This document shows positions 51,036 to 64,000 of a stretch of DNA of 64,000 nucleotides, piece after piece; within the stretch, counting starts at the first letter, position 1; the number at the start of each line of letters is the position of its first letter. Made by a program: the position numbers and the translations under genes. The stretch is from Octopus vulgaris (lineage: Eukaryota), in NCBI GenBank assembly GCA_951406725.2, contig OX597828.1:13578001-13642000 (forward strand). The letters run 5' to 3'. The notes under the pieces are model-generated. The model did not search any database, was not told the origin of the DNA, and worked only from the letters and a program-made list of their open reading frames with translations.

Positions 51036-53899
51036 TATATGCGTGTGTGTGTGTCTTTGTGTCTGTGTTCGGCCCCCATCACTGCTTGACAACCAGTGTT
51101 GACTTATGACCCTGTAACTTAGCTGTTTGGTAAAAGAGACTGATAGGATAAGTACCAGACTTTAAAAAAATAAAAAATCCCTGGGTTTGATTCATTCAAC
51201 TAAAAAATTTTCCAGCTGGTGCCCCGGCATGGGCACAGTCTAATGACTGAAACAAATAAAAGACACAAGTGGTGAGCTGGCAGAATCATTAGCACCCTGG
51301 GCAAAATGCTTAGCAGCACTTTGTCTGTCTTTATGTTCTGAGTTCAAATTCTCCTGCAGTCCACTTTGCCTTTTATCCTTACAGGTTTGATAAAATAAGT
51401 ACCAGTTGATTGCTGCAGGCAATGGTAATCAACTTACTCCCTCTAACAAAATTGTTGGTTTTGTGCCAAAATTTGAAATCAATATTTACACCAAAACTAT
51501 GTTTCCATCAGTTTGGTTTCAGATTGTCTTTACGTGTCTTATTCCTTAAAGCACAATTTTGAGGGAGGAATTAATCAATCACACTGACCCCAGTACTTGA
51601 CTTGTACTTTATTTTTTTGACCCTCGAGGGATAAATACCAAAGTTGACTCTGGTAGAATTTCAACTTAGGATGTAAAGAATGTAGGCATAGGAGTGGCTG
51701 TGTGGTAAGTAGCTTGCTTACTAACCACATGGTTCTGGGTTCAGTCCCACTGCATGGCACTTTGGGCAAGTGTCTTCTACTGTAGCCTCCGGCCAACCAA
51801 AGCCTTGTGTGTGGATTTGGTAGATGGAAACTGAAAGAAGCCCGTCGTATATATGTATATGTATATATATATGTGTGTGTGTTTGTGTGTGTGTGTTTGT
51901 CCCCCCAACATCGCTTGACAACTGATGCTGGTGCGTTTATGTCCCCGTAACTCGGCAGTTCGGCAAAAGACACCGATAGAATAAGTACTCAGCTTACAAA
52001 GTATAAGTCCTGGGGTCGATTTGCTCGACTAAAAGTGGTGCTCCAGCATGGCCGAAGTCAAATGACTGAAACAAGTAAAAGAGTAAAAGCCAGAACAAGT
52101 GCTTGTATAGCAGCCAAATGAACCACACTATACACACTGCTACCTTTAAAATGGAGGAAGATGTATTCGTTTTAAGTTGTACAGCTTGAAAGTTTGCCTC
52201 AAGGATGCTGAGAGCTAAAAGGTAAACCAAATGCTTAAATTCGACCATGTCCATCACACCAGACATCCTCATCGTTGTTTTAATGTCCATTTTTCCCTGC
52301 ATGCACGGATTGGAAGGAATTTGTTGTTGAGGCAGATTTTCTAGAGCTGGGTGCCCTTCCCGTCACCAACCTTTACCCGTTTCCAAGCAACGTAATATTT
52401 CCTCATGACCAGACATGTTTTTACAGAAGACTGGAAGAAAACGACGCTTCTTACATGATGATGACATTCATTTACAACCATCATGTGATGTCAAGAGAGG
52501 GAGATAAAAACCCACCTCCACATACATATACACATTTGTTATATATACGATGTGCATCTTTAAGTTTCTGTCTATGACATCCACACACAAGGCTTTGGTC
52601 AACCAAGAACAATAGTAGAAGACATTTACCCAAGGTGCCATGCTGTAGGACTGAACCTGGAACCACAAGGTTTGGAAGTAAATGTCTTTAATCACGCAGG
52701 TACGCCCTGCCCCTATATCTATATATTTGGAGTGATGAAAAATCTACAGATAACTTCTAAGTCCTCCATTGGTCACCTCAATGTGAAATGTCCTCTCAAA
52801 TAGAGCTGACAGAGACAGGTCAATAACTACGCCAACAAAATCAATATTTCAGTATCATTATATATCACTAAGTTTCTCATGTTATAAACATTCTTTTACT
52901 TGTTTCAGTCATCTGACTGCAGTCATGCTGGAGCACCACCTTTAGTCAAACAAATCGACCCCAGAGCTTATTCTTTGTAAGCCGAGTACTTATTCTATCG
53001 GTGTCTTTTGCTGAACTGCCAAGTTACAGGGACGTAAACACACCAGCATCGGTTGTCAAGCAATGTTGGGGAAACACACACACATGTATATTTATATATA
53101 TATATATATATATACGACGAGCTTCTTTCAGTTTCCGTCTACTCACAAGGCTTTGGTTGGCCCGAGGCTATAGTAGAAGACACTTGCCAAAGGTGCCACA
53201 CAGTAGGATTGAACCTGGAACCATGTGGTTGGTATGCAAGCTACTTACCACACAGCCACTCTTACGCCTATAGCTTAGCTTATCATACAGCCACTCCTAC
53301 ACCTATACTTACTAAATATTTGTTTATATCTTTAGAAAATATTATTGGTTTAACTTTTTACAGCAGAATATTTAATTACATAATTGACTGAAAATAGCTT
53401 TTAATAAAAAAATGGGTGTGTTTGACATACAGGCCTTTACATCAGTTTAACCCTTTCGTGTTCAGATTAATCTGCCAAATGAAATGGTTATGCATTCACA
53501 TTGCATTATTTCATAGCTTTGGGATTTCGATGGTGTGAGAGGCGAAATCTGGCAAGTTTGAACATGAGATAGGTAGAATATTTAGGCCGGATATGGCTGG
53601 TTTAAATGCTAAAGGGTTAAAGGCTTCTTACATTTAGTATATAAGTTACATCAGTGTAAAAACATCTTAAATCAGAGCAAGGCCTCTTACATCAATATAC
53701 AGCACACAGGTTCTTATACATCAGTGCTCAGTATAAATGCTCCTTACATTATTACGTAGGCTCTTTACATCTGGGAAAATGTCCATATTTCAATGTAATG
53801 CCCCCTTATATCATTGTAAAAGAAAAACAAAAAGCTGCTCTGAATAAATGCAGAATCAAAAGGTTCTTCAAAACAAAATATTTGTTCTTCGGTACAAAC

Positions 53900-54010
53900 C
53901 TTCATTTCATAGAACTTTAGTAGGAGATCCCATGCATGCATCAATTTGGTGGTGCCAGATGACCTGTTTGGAAAACAGCCCCATGTCACAAGACTGTTGC
54001 TTTGACCAAG
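53900..54010 (-). CDS. RUNDC1: RUNDC1 exon
   Basis: atacag|CTT..AAG|gtttgt; LGQSNSLVTWGCFPNRSSGTTKLMHAWDLLLKFYEMK. Confidence 0.9.
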
Positions 54011-55639
54011 CTGTATAAGAAAAATGGAAAGTGAAACAACCATTAATATTTTACCAAACAAAATGAGATAAAAATGATAATTAATTTTAACATAGCCCAC
54101 CTCCACTCGTATTAGCTACCACTCACTGAAATACCCTCTGTTCCCACCTTTATTCATTTGCAATTCGTCTTCCACACTCTCAAGAACTTACTTAGTTGAG
54201 TTCAAATTCTGCTGAGGTTGACATTGTCATTTATCTTCCAGGGGTTGATAAAATAACAATCAGCTGTGCACTGGGGTCACTGTAATCAATTAGCCCCCGT
54301 CCCACAAAATTCCATGTTGTATGCCTATAGTAGAAAGGATTATTATGTGGAAATGAGGAGAAAAAATCAACCCTTACCAATAATTGCTGGTTAAATAGTA
54401 ACTAAAGACATGGACAAGATAGGGACAGGTACATATGTGGTTGAGAAGTTCACTTCCTAACCACATGGTTTTGGGTTCAATGCAACCGTGTGGCATCCTG
54501 GGCAAGTGTCTTTTACTATAGATCTGGGCTAATCAAAACCTTGTAAGTGAATTTGGTAGACACAAAAACTGAAAGAAGCCCATCATATATGTGCTTCTGT
54601 CTGTGTGTATTTATATCTTTTTTCTTGACATTGCACAATGGTTGTAAAAATGAGTGTCACTGTTGTACAAGTGGTGTTGTTTGTTCCAACCTTCCATGAA
54701 AAACCTGTCAGGCCATAGGGAAATAATATTACCTAGTTTTAGAAGCAAGTGAGGCTTGGTGACAGGAAGGGCAACCAATTGTAGAAAATCTACTTAAAAA
54801 AGTTGTGTGATCCATTCAAGCGTGGAAAATAGTAGACATTAAAATGATGATGATGCCTTCTCAGACTAGTTTTCAGGAGTGTATATATAGAGAAACATAG
54901 CAACATGTTATTTTATTTCGTATTATTTTAGAATAATCATCAGGAAGAGAAGAAAAATCTTCGATGGCCTATGCTCCATAAGGAGTAAAAGGCATCATCA
55001 TCATCATCATCATCATTAATCTTGCAGGCTCATGGGTGCTGGTGCCATGTAAGAGACACCTGTACCGATGCTGCCCCTGAGCAAAAACCATCATAAGTAA
55101 AATAACTGGTGGCACATTAAAAGCACCCAGTACACACTATAAAGTGGTTGGCATCAGAAAGGGCATCCAGCTGTAAAACCAAACCAAATCTGACTGGAAC
55201 TTGGTGCAGCTCTCCGGCTTGCCAGCTCTGGTCAAACCTTCCAACCCGTACCAGAATGGAAAATGGACGCTAAATGATGATGATGATAATTGCATGTTCG
55301 TACACAGCAGCAGTTGATTATATTGGCCCAGGGTCTTGACTGGTATTATATTTTATCAACCCCAGAAGGATGAAAGACTAAGTTGGTTTTGACAGGATTT
55401 GAACTCAAAACTTAAGGAGACAGACACTAAGAAACTCTAGCATGATAAAAGCTTAGCACACCAGTATGCTTGTCTTTCCATATTACAGAAGATCATTTAA
55501 ACTTGCAGACTTTATAGAGTGAATATTGCTGATTCGGATCAACTCTGGTTGCCTTGACCTCTGCTCCTTTATCAATGTGAAAACATAATGTCAATGATTT
55601 GATCTGGTGTTTAACACCATGATAACAGTGGTTGCTTAC

Positions 55640-55735
55640 CTCAACTAACCCGTGCTGCATTAAATCACGAATAGACATTGCTAGCTCCCTACGAACTGCT
55701 TGAGTCACAGCTGGACTACTTTGGGGTAATGGATC
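55640..55735 (-). CDS. RUNDC1: RUNDC1 exon
   Basis: tacag|GAT..GAG|gtaagc; DPLPQSSPAVTQAVRRELAMSIRDLMQHGLVE. Confidence 0.9.
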
Positions 55736-56283
55736 CTGTAATATAAAGAACAACAGTAATTGGTTGACATTTCAAAACCAAGATGAAAAAAAAACAATCA
55801 ATATTTTTATTGCATGTTTTGCAAAAGAACTTAAAATCCATACACATAAGTATTCTTCATCCCCTGGGTAATCATTGAGTGAACCTCGACATGGTCATTG
55901 AATTTGCTAGACATAGTAGTCATATCTCCCTCAAATAATACCCTACTATCTTAAAAAAAATATGCCTAAAAAATGTGGTAGTCACCACTGGAATGCCTTT
56001 TGATTATAAACCTGGTCAGTGAAGACTGCCCTGGGAAAAACAAGAAGAGCAACTTCATTTTCCTTACTTTATATCTATTTTTCCAGTGGGTTAGATAGGG
56101 CAACAACTTACATATATTTTTGGAGAAAGTAGGTTTTATGGTTAGGATGTATTTCAAGTAGCACTCATTGAAATGAGGGCAGCTTTGTTTTCTTAAAAGG
56201 CTAGTATTTAGCTTGTGAAGTGGAGAAGACATAAATTTTCCTTCAGACATGTCACAGGTATTGCTATCTGATATCATATCCAG

Positions 56284-56560
56284 ATGATGGTGGTGGTAGT
56301 AGTGATGGCAGTGGTAGTGGTGATGGCAGTGGTAGTGGTGATGGCAGAGGTTGTAGTGATGGCGGTGTTAGTAGTGATGGTGGTGGTAGTAGTGATGGCA
56401 GTGGTAGTGGTGATGGCAGTGGTTGTAGTGATGGTGGTGGTAGTAGTGATGGTAGTGGTTGTAGTGATGGCGGTGGTAGTAGTGATGGTGGTGGTAGTGG
56501 TGATGGCGGTGGTAGTAGTGATGATGGTGGTAGTGGTGATGGCAGTGGTAGTGGTGTTAG
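56284..56560. repeat. Degenerate 18-bp minisatellite (GTGGTAGTGGTGATGGCA-like)
   Basis: About 15 units of a trinucleotide-derived 18-mer. Confidence 0.85.
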
Positions 56561-56577
56561 TCTATGTAGGTCCTTAC

Positions 56578-56686
56578 CTCATCACTTTCACTGTCAAAAT
56601 CACTGCTGTTAGGGATCAGGATTTCCTCCTCAGCTGCCACTTTCAACACTTTGTTGATACTGATTTCTAACTGAGCACGAAGGTCT
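56578..56686 (-). CDS. RUNDC1: RUNDC1 exon
   Basis: tttcag|A..GAG|gtaagg; (G)DLRAQLEISINKVLKVAAEEEILIPNSSDFDSESDE; phase 2/0 fits both neighbours. Confidence 0.85.
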
Positions 56687-58442
56687 CTGAAACGAACCAA
56701 ACAGAAACACCTCTTACATTTAATTACATGCTGTCATCAAATTGCTGGGGCTGTAATTATGGGTCCTTAAAATAACAACAACAAAGACAGAAGAAAAGAC
56801 TGGAATAGAGAATTAAAAAAAAAAAAATAAGAATCATTCCAAAGTGATAAGGAATTATTGAACAACTAATTTAATTTTAGTAAAACAGAAGTGTTGTTGG
56901 CCAGTGAAGTAACTCAGCTGAAAACTTGGTCTTTGGATATGCCGGTGCTACTTATCTGGGCAAAATATCTCTTTTATTTTTCTCTTTTACTTGTTTCAGT
57001 CATTTTGACTGCGGCCATGCTGGAGCACTACCTTTAGTCAAGCAAATCAACCCCAGGACTTATTCTTTGGAAGCCTAGTACTTATTCTATCAGTTTCTTT
57101 TGCCGAACCACTAAGTTACGGAGATGTAAACACACTACTATTGATTGTCAAGCGATGTTGGTGGGGACAAACACAGACACACAAACATATACACACATAT
57201 ACATATGTATATATGTATATATATATACAGAGTGGTTGGTGTTAGGAAGGGCATCCAGCCGTAGAAACACTGCCAGATCAGACTGGGCCTGATGCAGCCT
57301 TCTGGCTTCACAGACCCCAGTTGAACCGTCCAACCCATGCTAGCATGGAAAACGGACGCTAAATGACGATGATGATGATGATGATGATATATATAGACAT
57401 ATATATGACGGGCTCCTTTCAGTTTCCGTCTACCAAATCCACTCACAAGGCTTTGGTTGGCCCGAGGCTATAGTAGAAGACACTTGCCCAAGGTGGCACG
57501 CAGTGGGACTGAACCCGGAAACATCTGGTTGGTAAGCTGTTAATCATATCTTTCAAAGCTTTTGTAGAAAAGGTGATGGCCAATTAATTCAGTTTATTGT
57601 GCAGTTAAGAAGTTTGCTTTGTAACCACCAGGTCTCTGGTTCATTCTCACAGCACAGCATCTTGGACAAGTGTCTTCTACTGTAGCCTTCAGCAGACCAA
57701 TGCCTCGTGAATGGAATTGGTACAGAGAAACTACCTAGAAACCTGTCATTTATATATGCGAATAAACATGTGCAAGTACATAAACATTATCATTTCCACT
57801 TCTTTGCATGAAACTATTTGGGCTAAAAAAAAAAATGGTGAAATCACATTGATATCCTCTGTGGATAACACAACTTGAGGCTCTGCACTTTTGAAATTTA
57901 GTGGAATAGAAATTTCTTTCTAGAAAAACAAGAAGGGTTAGTGACAGGAAAAGCATGATTTAATTAGAGAAAGTGAATTAGATTACGAGATAATCAGAGA
58001 TATTTTAGTGTTATGTATCCACACCAGTAATTGAAGAGGTTCTGACTAGAATTTATATAATCACTATCGTCATTGTTTTAAAGCCCGATTTTCCATGCTT
58101 GCATGGAGTTTGAGACAGATTTTCTACATCCTTGCTGATGCTAACCCTCACCTATTTCCAAGCAAGGTAACATTGCCAAGGCATTTTTTGAAGAATATTG
58201 AAGATGAATGATTCAGCTTGTATGACAGTGATACTCATTGAAAACTGTCAGTCAATGTCATGACAAAGAGACACAAACATACACAACAGGTGTGGCTGTG
58301 TGGTAAGAAGCTTGCTTCCCAACCACATGGTCCTGGGTTCAGTCCCACTGCATGGTGCCTTGGGCAAGTGTCTTCTACAATAGCCTTAGGCTGACCAAAG
58401 CCTTGTAAGTGGATTTAGTAGATGGAAACTGAAAGAATCCTG

Positions 58443-58483
<41 letters not shown>

Positions 58484-60223
58484 TGTGTGTGTGTCTTTGT
58501 GTCTGTGTTTGTCCCCCTAACACTGCTTGACAGCCAGTGTTGGTGTGGTTATGTTGCTGTAACTTAGCAGCTCAGCAAAAGAGCCTGATAGAATAAGTAC
58601 AAGGTTTAAAAAAAAAGTCCTGGGGTTGACTTGTTCAACTAAAACCCTTCAAGGTGGTGCTCCAGCATGGCCACTGTCAAATGACTGAAACAAGTAAAAG
58701 AATACTCACTATCACACACATATGCACACGGGTGTGTGTGCGTGTGTGTGTGTGCGTGTGTATGACAGACTACTCTGTTTTCATCAATCAAATCCACTCA
58801 CAAGGCTTTGGTAGACCCAGAGCTATCATAGAAGACACTAGCTAAAAATGTTAAGCAGTAGGACTGAACCTGAAACCATGTGGTTGGGAAGCAAATGTCT
58901 TAACCACACAGCCATCATCATCATCATCATCGTTTAATGTCCGTTTTCCATGCTAGCATGGGTTGGATGGTTCGACCGGGGTCTGGGAAGCCAGGAGGCT
59001 GCACCAGGCCCAGTCTGATCTGGCAGTGTTTCTACAGCTGGATGCCCTTCCTAACACCAACCACTCTGTGAGTGTAGTGGGTGCTTTTTATGTGCCACCG
59101 GCATAGGTGCCAGGTGAGTCTGGCAACGGCCACGATCGGATGGTGCTTTTTACGTGCCACCGGCATGGAGGCCATATATATATATATACATTTTTCTATG
59201 AATTTTATACAAGAATAACAGCATTTTTCATAAAAAATCTCTAGTTTTTAATAGGACAGGGAGATTTACATAGAGAAAGCAGTACAAGAGTTTAATAGTT
59301 AAAGGAAGGCTGGAAGAGGAACCAATGGATATTACTACTAGCTTTGGGCATCATGATGATGCTAATATTAATTTGATAATTAATGGAGGTGATTTAGAAA
59401 AGAAACAGGTATGTGACCAGCTGCATACCCAGAACTTTGACCAGAACTTCAAACATTGAATATGTTTTTGCAAGTTAGATTGAAGAAGAGGAGGAGAAGG
59501 GGCAGTGCTTTTGACCTTTATGGATCAAAATAATCAATCATAGAATTATTAAGAGATTTTAACAATCTATGTATCAGTGTTTGAACAGATGTTTGGTTAG
59601 ATAAAATAAACGACTTCTAACATTTTCAGTGACTTCATTAGTTTGTCAAAAAAATAAAACAAAATGACAAAGAAAATGTCTGTCTTAACGAAATTTCTAA
59701 CTATTGTGAAAATATAGTTCAAGGTATCATCATCATCATCATCATCGTTTAACGACCGTTCTCCATGCTAGCATGGGTTGGACGGTTCGACCGGGGAATC
59801 TGGGAAGCCAGAAGGCTGCATCAGGCTCCAGTCTTATCTGGCAATGTTTCTACAGCTGGATGCCCTTCCTAACGCCAACCATTCCGTGAGTGTAGTGGGT
59901 GCTTTTTACGTGCCACCCGCACAGATGCCAGGCGAGGCTGGCAATGGCCATGGTCGGATTGGTGCATTTTACGTGCCACCAGCACGGAAGCCAGTCGAGG
60001 TGGCGCTGCGCTATATGATCAAATAAACCCTACATAGAGGTGCAAGTGGGGGTATACTCGGGGGGTATTGGTGTAGAAACTTCCGGTATTGGAGGAGGGG
60101 ATGGGAGGGAGGGCGGGCGAACCTCGAAGCAACGAGTTTGAATATAATTCGTAGGAAAGTTAAAGTCTTAGCTGGCCATTTTTCTGAAAATCCGTGTTTT
60201 GTCAGGAAGATGCAGCGAGTATG

Positions 60224-60769
60224 AGTTCGTGCCGATTTTTAAAGGAAAGAAAAAGGTCAATAAATACTTGCCATTACATTTTTAATCAACCAAATGTGAA
60301 CCACTTTGTTGCATAATGCGTCTCCATCTTTCCTTTAACTTGAAAATACCCTCTTCCCAGAATTCAGGTGGTTTCATGGCAAAGAATTCATCAAGGTATT
60401 TTTTTATGTCATCCAAAGAATTGAAATTTTTAGACTATTCTGTGGAGACCTGAATAAGTGGAAATCTGAAGGAGCAATATCTGGTGAATATGGAGGGTGG
60501 GGTAACACATCCCAGCCGGGCTGCAGCAATTTTTGTCTGGTTCCCAAAGCATCAGGTGCCGAAAATGAACTTTCTTATCTTCCATTTTAAAGGGTTACAG
60601 AATTAACACAGGTTATCGGAACATAAACCTTCTTCCACAAAAAGATAGCTTTAACTGTGCTCTAAATGCAGGTGTAGTCAAATCCTATTTTATGTACTCA
60701 ACCGTGTTCTAAAATAAGTCGAAAGGTTAGCTACTATAAATCAGCACAAACTTTCTGGACAACTCAATA
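60224..60769 (-). mobile_element. Internally deleted mariner, same family as 17823-18180
   Basis: Shares AGTTCGTGCCGATTTTTAAAGG.. and the HPPYSPDIAP region; opposite TIR CAGCACAAACTTTCTGGACAACTCAATA at 60742-60769. Confidence 0.8.
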
Positions 60770-60907
60770 GTTAGACTGGTTTAAAAGGAACTTGTAATTA
60801 AGCTGTTACATTGTTGAAGAGGGAGACAATCAACATCAAAATTATTAATAATTATTTTTATGCACCAAATAAAGCTAAACCTGTGCAATCTGTTGAACCT
60901 TACTTAC

Positions 60908-61047
60908 CCCCAATGGTTTCCTTTGGTTGTCCGTTTCAATAGATTCTTCTGAAATTCCTGGGTGCCACATCCTAACTGAGTGATAGCAAAGACTTGTAGT
61001 AAAGCTAATGCTTTCTTCATTAAAGTTAATGTTGTCTGGCGTAGATT
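60908..61047 (-). CDS. RUNDC1: RUNDC1 exon
   Basis: gacag|AAT..TGGGG|gtaagt; NLRQTTLTLMKKALALLQVFAITQLGCGTQEFQKNLLKRTTKGNHWG, matching the RUNDC1 LM..AL..LQ.FA..Q.GC motif. Confidence 0.88.
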
Positions 61048-63501
61048 CTGTCAAATAAGAATAAATAAACAATAATAATTTCAATAATAGTGGTTTCAAA
61101 TTTTGGCACAGGATCAGCAGTTTTTGAGGGGAGGGGGAAGCCGATCACACAAACTCCAGTACTTGATTGATAATTATTTTAGCGACCCTGAAAGGATGAA
61201 AGGCAAAGTTGAACCTTAGTGGAATTTGAGCTTAGAATGTTAAAACAGATGAAATGCTGTTTACCATTTTGTCTGGCATACTAATGGTTCTGCCAAGTCA
61301 CTGTCTTTTAATAATAATAGCTTTGGTTTAGGTACAAGGCCAACAATTTTGAGTGGAGGTGAGGATTAAGTCAAAACCATTGGCCCCATTACTCTAGTTG
61401 AGTATTTTATCATCCACTCACCCGTGTCCCCTAAAATGATGAAAGGCAAAGTTGACATCAGTGGGATTTGGATTCAGAAAGTAAAGAGCTGTAAGAAATA
61501 CCACAAGGTATTAACTGTGAAGCTCTACTGATTCTACCAACTTGTTTTCAACATAGGCACGAGGCAATTGTTTCTCTTTTTGTAAGAGATAGGGGAATGT
61601 TGATCGATTAATTCAACACCAGGATTTAACTGGGACTTTATCAACCCTTGAGGAATGAAGCAGGAAGCTAATCTTGGCTGGATTTGAGATCTGGACATAA
61701 AGAGCCACAACAAATACAGCCAATCCATTTTGGCACAAGGCCAGCACTTTTGAGGGGAGGGGAAATTCAATTAGATTGACTCCTGTACTTAACTGGTACT
61801 TATAGTAACCCTGAAAGGATGAATGGCAAATTTGAATGAAAGGCAGAATTTGAACTCTGACTTAATGAGTCGGAAAAAATTCCACTAAGTATTAGTTTTT
61901 AAGTGCCAACAATTTTACCAGCTTGCTGCCTTTCATTGCTCTTTAATATCAGTTTCAAATTTTAGCACAAGGGCAGCAAGTTTGGGGGAGGGGTAAGTCA
62001 ATTACATCCCACCCCCCGTACTCAACTGGTACTATTTTATCAACCCTGAAAGGATAAAAGGCAAAGTGAACTTTGGCAGAATTTGAACCCAGAACATAAA
62101 GACAAGTGAAATGTCACTAAGCATTTTGCCCAACATGCTTATGATTCTGCCAGCTAGCTGTCCTTTAATTATCAATAATAATTATTTCTCATATCAGTTG
62201 AATGTTACAAATCTGTAAGGGAGTGGAGGGTGTAATCAGTTAACTTTAGGACAGATCAGGTACTTATTTCCATTAACCTCCTCCGAAGGAAGAATTAAAG
62301 TAGTACTGTATTAAGAGTTGGTGAGACCCTAAGCTATATAAAACTCGGCAGCTCCTTGTTAAAACATTATACCAGATGATTTTTAAAAAATTGTAAATGC
62401 ATATGACAATTATTCTGAGTTCTCTGAAGATTGTGAGGGCCTAAATGGTAGCTTGTAAAGCTTATCTCTAAATCTGACATTGTGAGAACGGCAAAGTTGT
62501 GTGCACTTGAGAATAGCAATTAAGTCTTGCTCTCATAGTTTTGGCAATTATAATCCATCAAGAGCAAAAATGTAGGCTTGACAACCAAAGGGGTTGTTAG
62601 GTTGGTTAAGTCAGAACCAGGCCTACTGGTTCAGGTGGAAACTGCGTGGAAGTTTTTTGAGGCTTGGATGGATTCAAGGCTATGGTAAACAACACTTGCC
62701 CAAGATACCACAAATGGTAACTTGGTATTTCATACAAACTTCTTACCCCCCCCCCCTAGCTATGTTGATTCCAAATCACCCACGCATATATATGCACACT
62801 GTTCCTTTCATTCACATATCTTAATCTGTGCTCTCATTACTCTCTGCAGTTCACTCCCTTGGCCATTTTACATCTGTGTGAACAAATACAATAAAGTTGT
62901 AACGACTCCTTAATATTACAAGGTTAATGGTAAGCTCACTAGTGCTGGTGCCATGACAAAAATACATCCTGTACACTTTGTAGTGTAGTTAGCAGAGTCA
63001 AGGGGACATTATAGTCTTGTTGAAAACATGACAGGCTCTCTTGTGCTGTTACCATGATAAAATATACATCTAGTACACTCTGTAAAGTGGATGGTGATTT
63101 GAAGGGCATTCAACCACAGAAACCAAGCCCAAAATGAAACATATGGGTGAAGACATGGTTCTCTGACCAATCTGTGAGTGGATTATCTCTGAATAAGAAC
63201 TGATCCGACCATGACAGGCAATGCATCCCCCTTGCCAGATATGCTTCCACAGAAAACTGGGAAAGAAGGAAACCTGTGGCACTTGTTCACAACTATCACA
63301 TAAAGTCATGCTAAGGAGACAGTAATACACATACATACACACACACACATATAACAGGCTTTTCTCAGTTTCCATCTACAAAATCCACTCAAGGTTTTGG
63401 TTGGCCTAGGGCTATAGAAAGAGACACTTGCTGAAGGTACTATGCAGTGGGACTAATACAAAAACTATCTGGTTGGTGCTTGTGCCTACATATATTTATG
63501 C

Positions 63502-63553
<52 letters not shown>

Positions 63554-63607
63554 GTGTATGCACACAAACATAACAATGAAATAATTTTATAATGGAAAGC
63601 AACTTAC

Positions 63608-63688
63608 TTCTGTAGTAGCGTTATCAGACAATCCCCGCTTGTGGTTTGAACTTTGAGCAGAATCTTTCATATCAACAGAAGAAAATGT
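63608..63688 (-). CDS. RUNDC1: Probable RUNDC1 exon (linker region)
   Basis: ctttgcag|ACA..GAA|gtaagt; 81 nt, open (TFSSVDMKDSAQSSNHKRGLSDNATTE); phase 0 fits the next exon, but there is no conserved motif. Confidence 0.6.
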
Positions 63689-64000
63689 CTGCAAAGAGAT
63701 TAGATTTACATTCAAAACGGTAGTCATATTTATTTAAGTTATGACAATTTAAAGGCTGTAGTTCTCAAAAATATCTCAGAACTGTTTTAAGAAGCTGGTG
63801 TCAAAGCTTTTATTTTCAGTCTTGGAAACAAAGTGTAGAGGGGTAACATGCAAACTGTGAATTATGAGTACTTTTTAACTATAAGGAAAGAAATCATCAT
63901 CATCATCATTTAACGTCCGTTTTCCATGCTAGCATGGGTTGGACGGTTCGACCGGGGTCTGGGAAGCCAGGTGGTTGCACCAGTCTCCAGTCTGATCTGG

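Noticed and set aside
56284-56670. 128-aa Val/Met-rich ORF on +
   Set aside because: Minisatellite translation that overlaps a RUNDC1 exon antisense.

Overview
AT-rich, repeat-dense animal genomic DNA. The SINE families, microsatellite load and gene content suggest a cephalopod (Octopus-like); this is an inference. Two convergent spliced genes can be rebuilt with consistent GT-AG phases. The first is a neutral sphingomyelinase (SMPD2/nSMase1-like) on + with 7 coding exons at 11855-28496; its first exon was not found. The second is RUNDC1 on - with 8 coding exons at 42833-63688; its 5' part lies beyond the window. Introns and the intergenic region hold Penelope-like retroelements (PLEs, two GIY-YIG types), an R4/Dong-type RLE LINE inside a 5-kb (AAT)n array, CR1/L2-type, mariner, DD37D-like and hAT remnants, MITEs and many SINEs. 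The most striking hidden layer is about 9 type-I hammerhead ribozyme motifs from several sequence families, read by eye. Two look catalytically plausible (2524-2614 +, 25231-25308 -) and one is well formed but has a GUU site (44181-44258 +). There are also several fold-back palindromes with a hairpin + tail + (TA)n architecture that look like minimal PLE insertions. PLE-borne hammerheads are known in general; their density, variant cores and placement in host genes here deserve checking.
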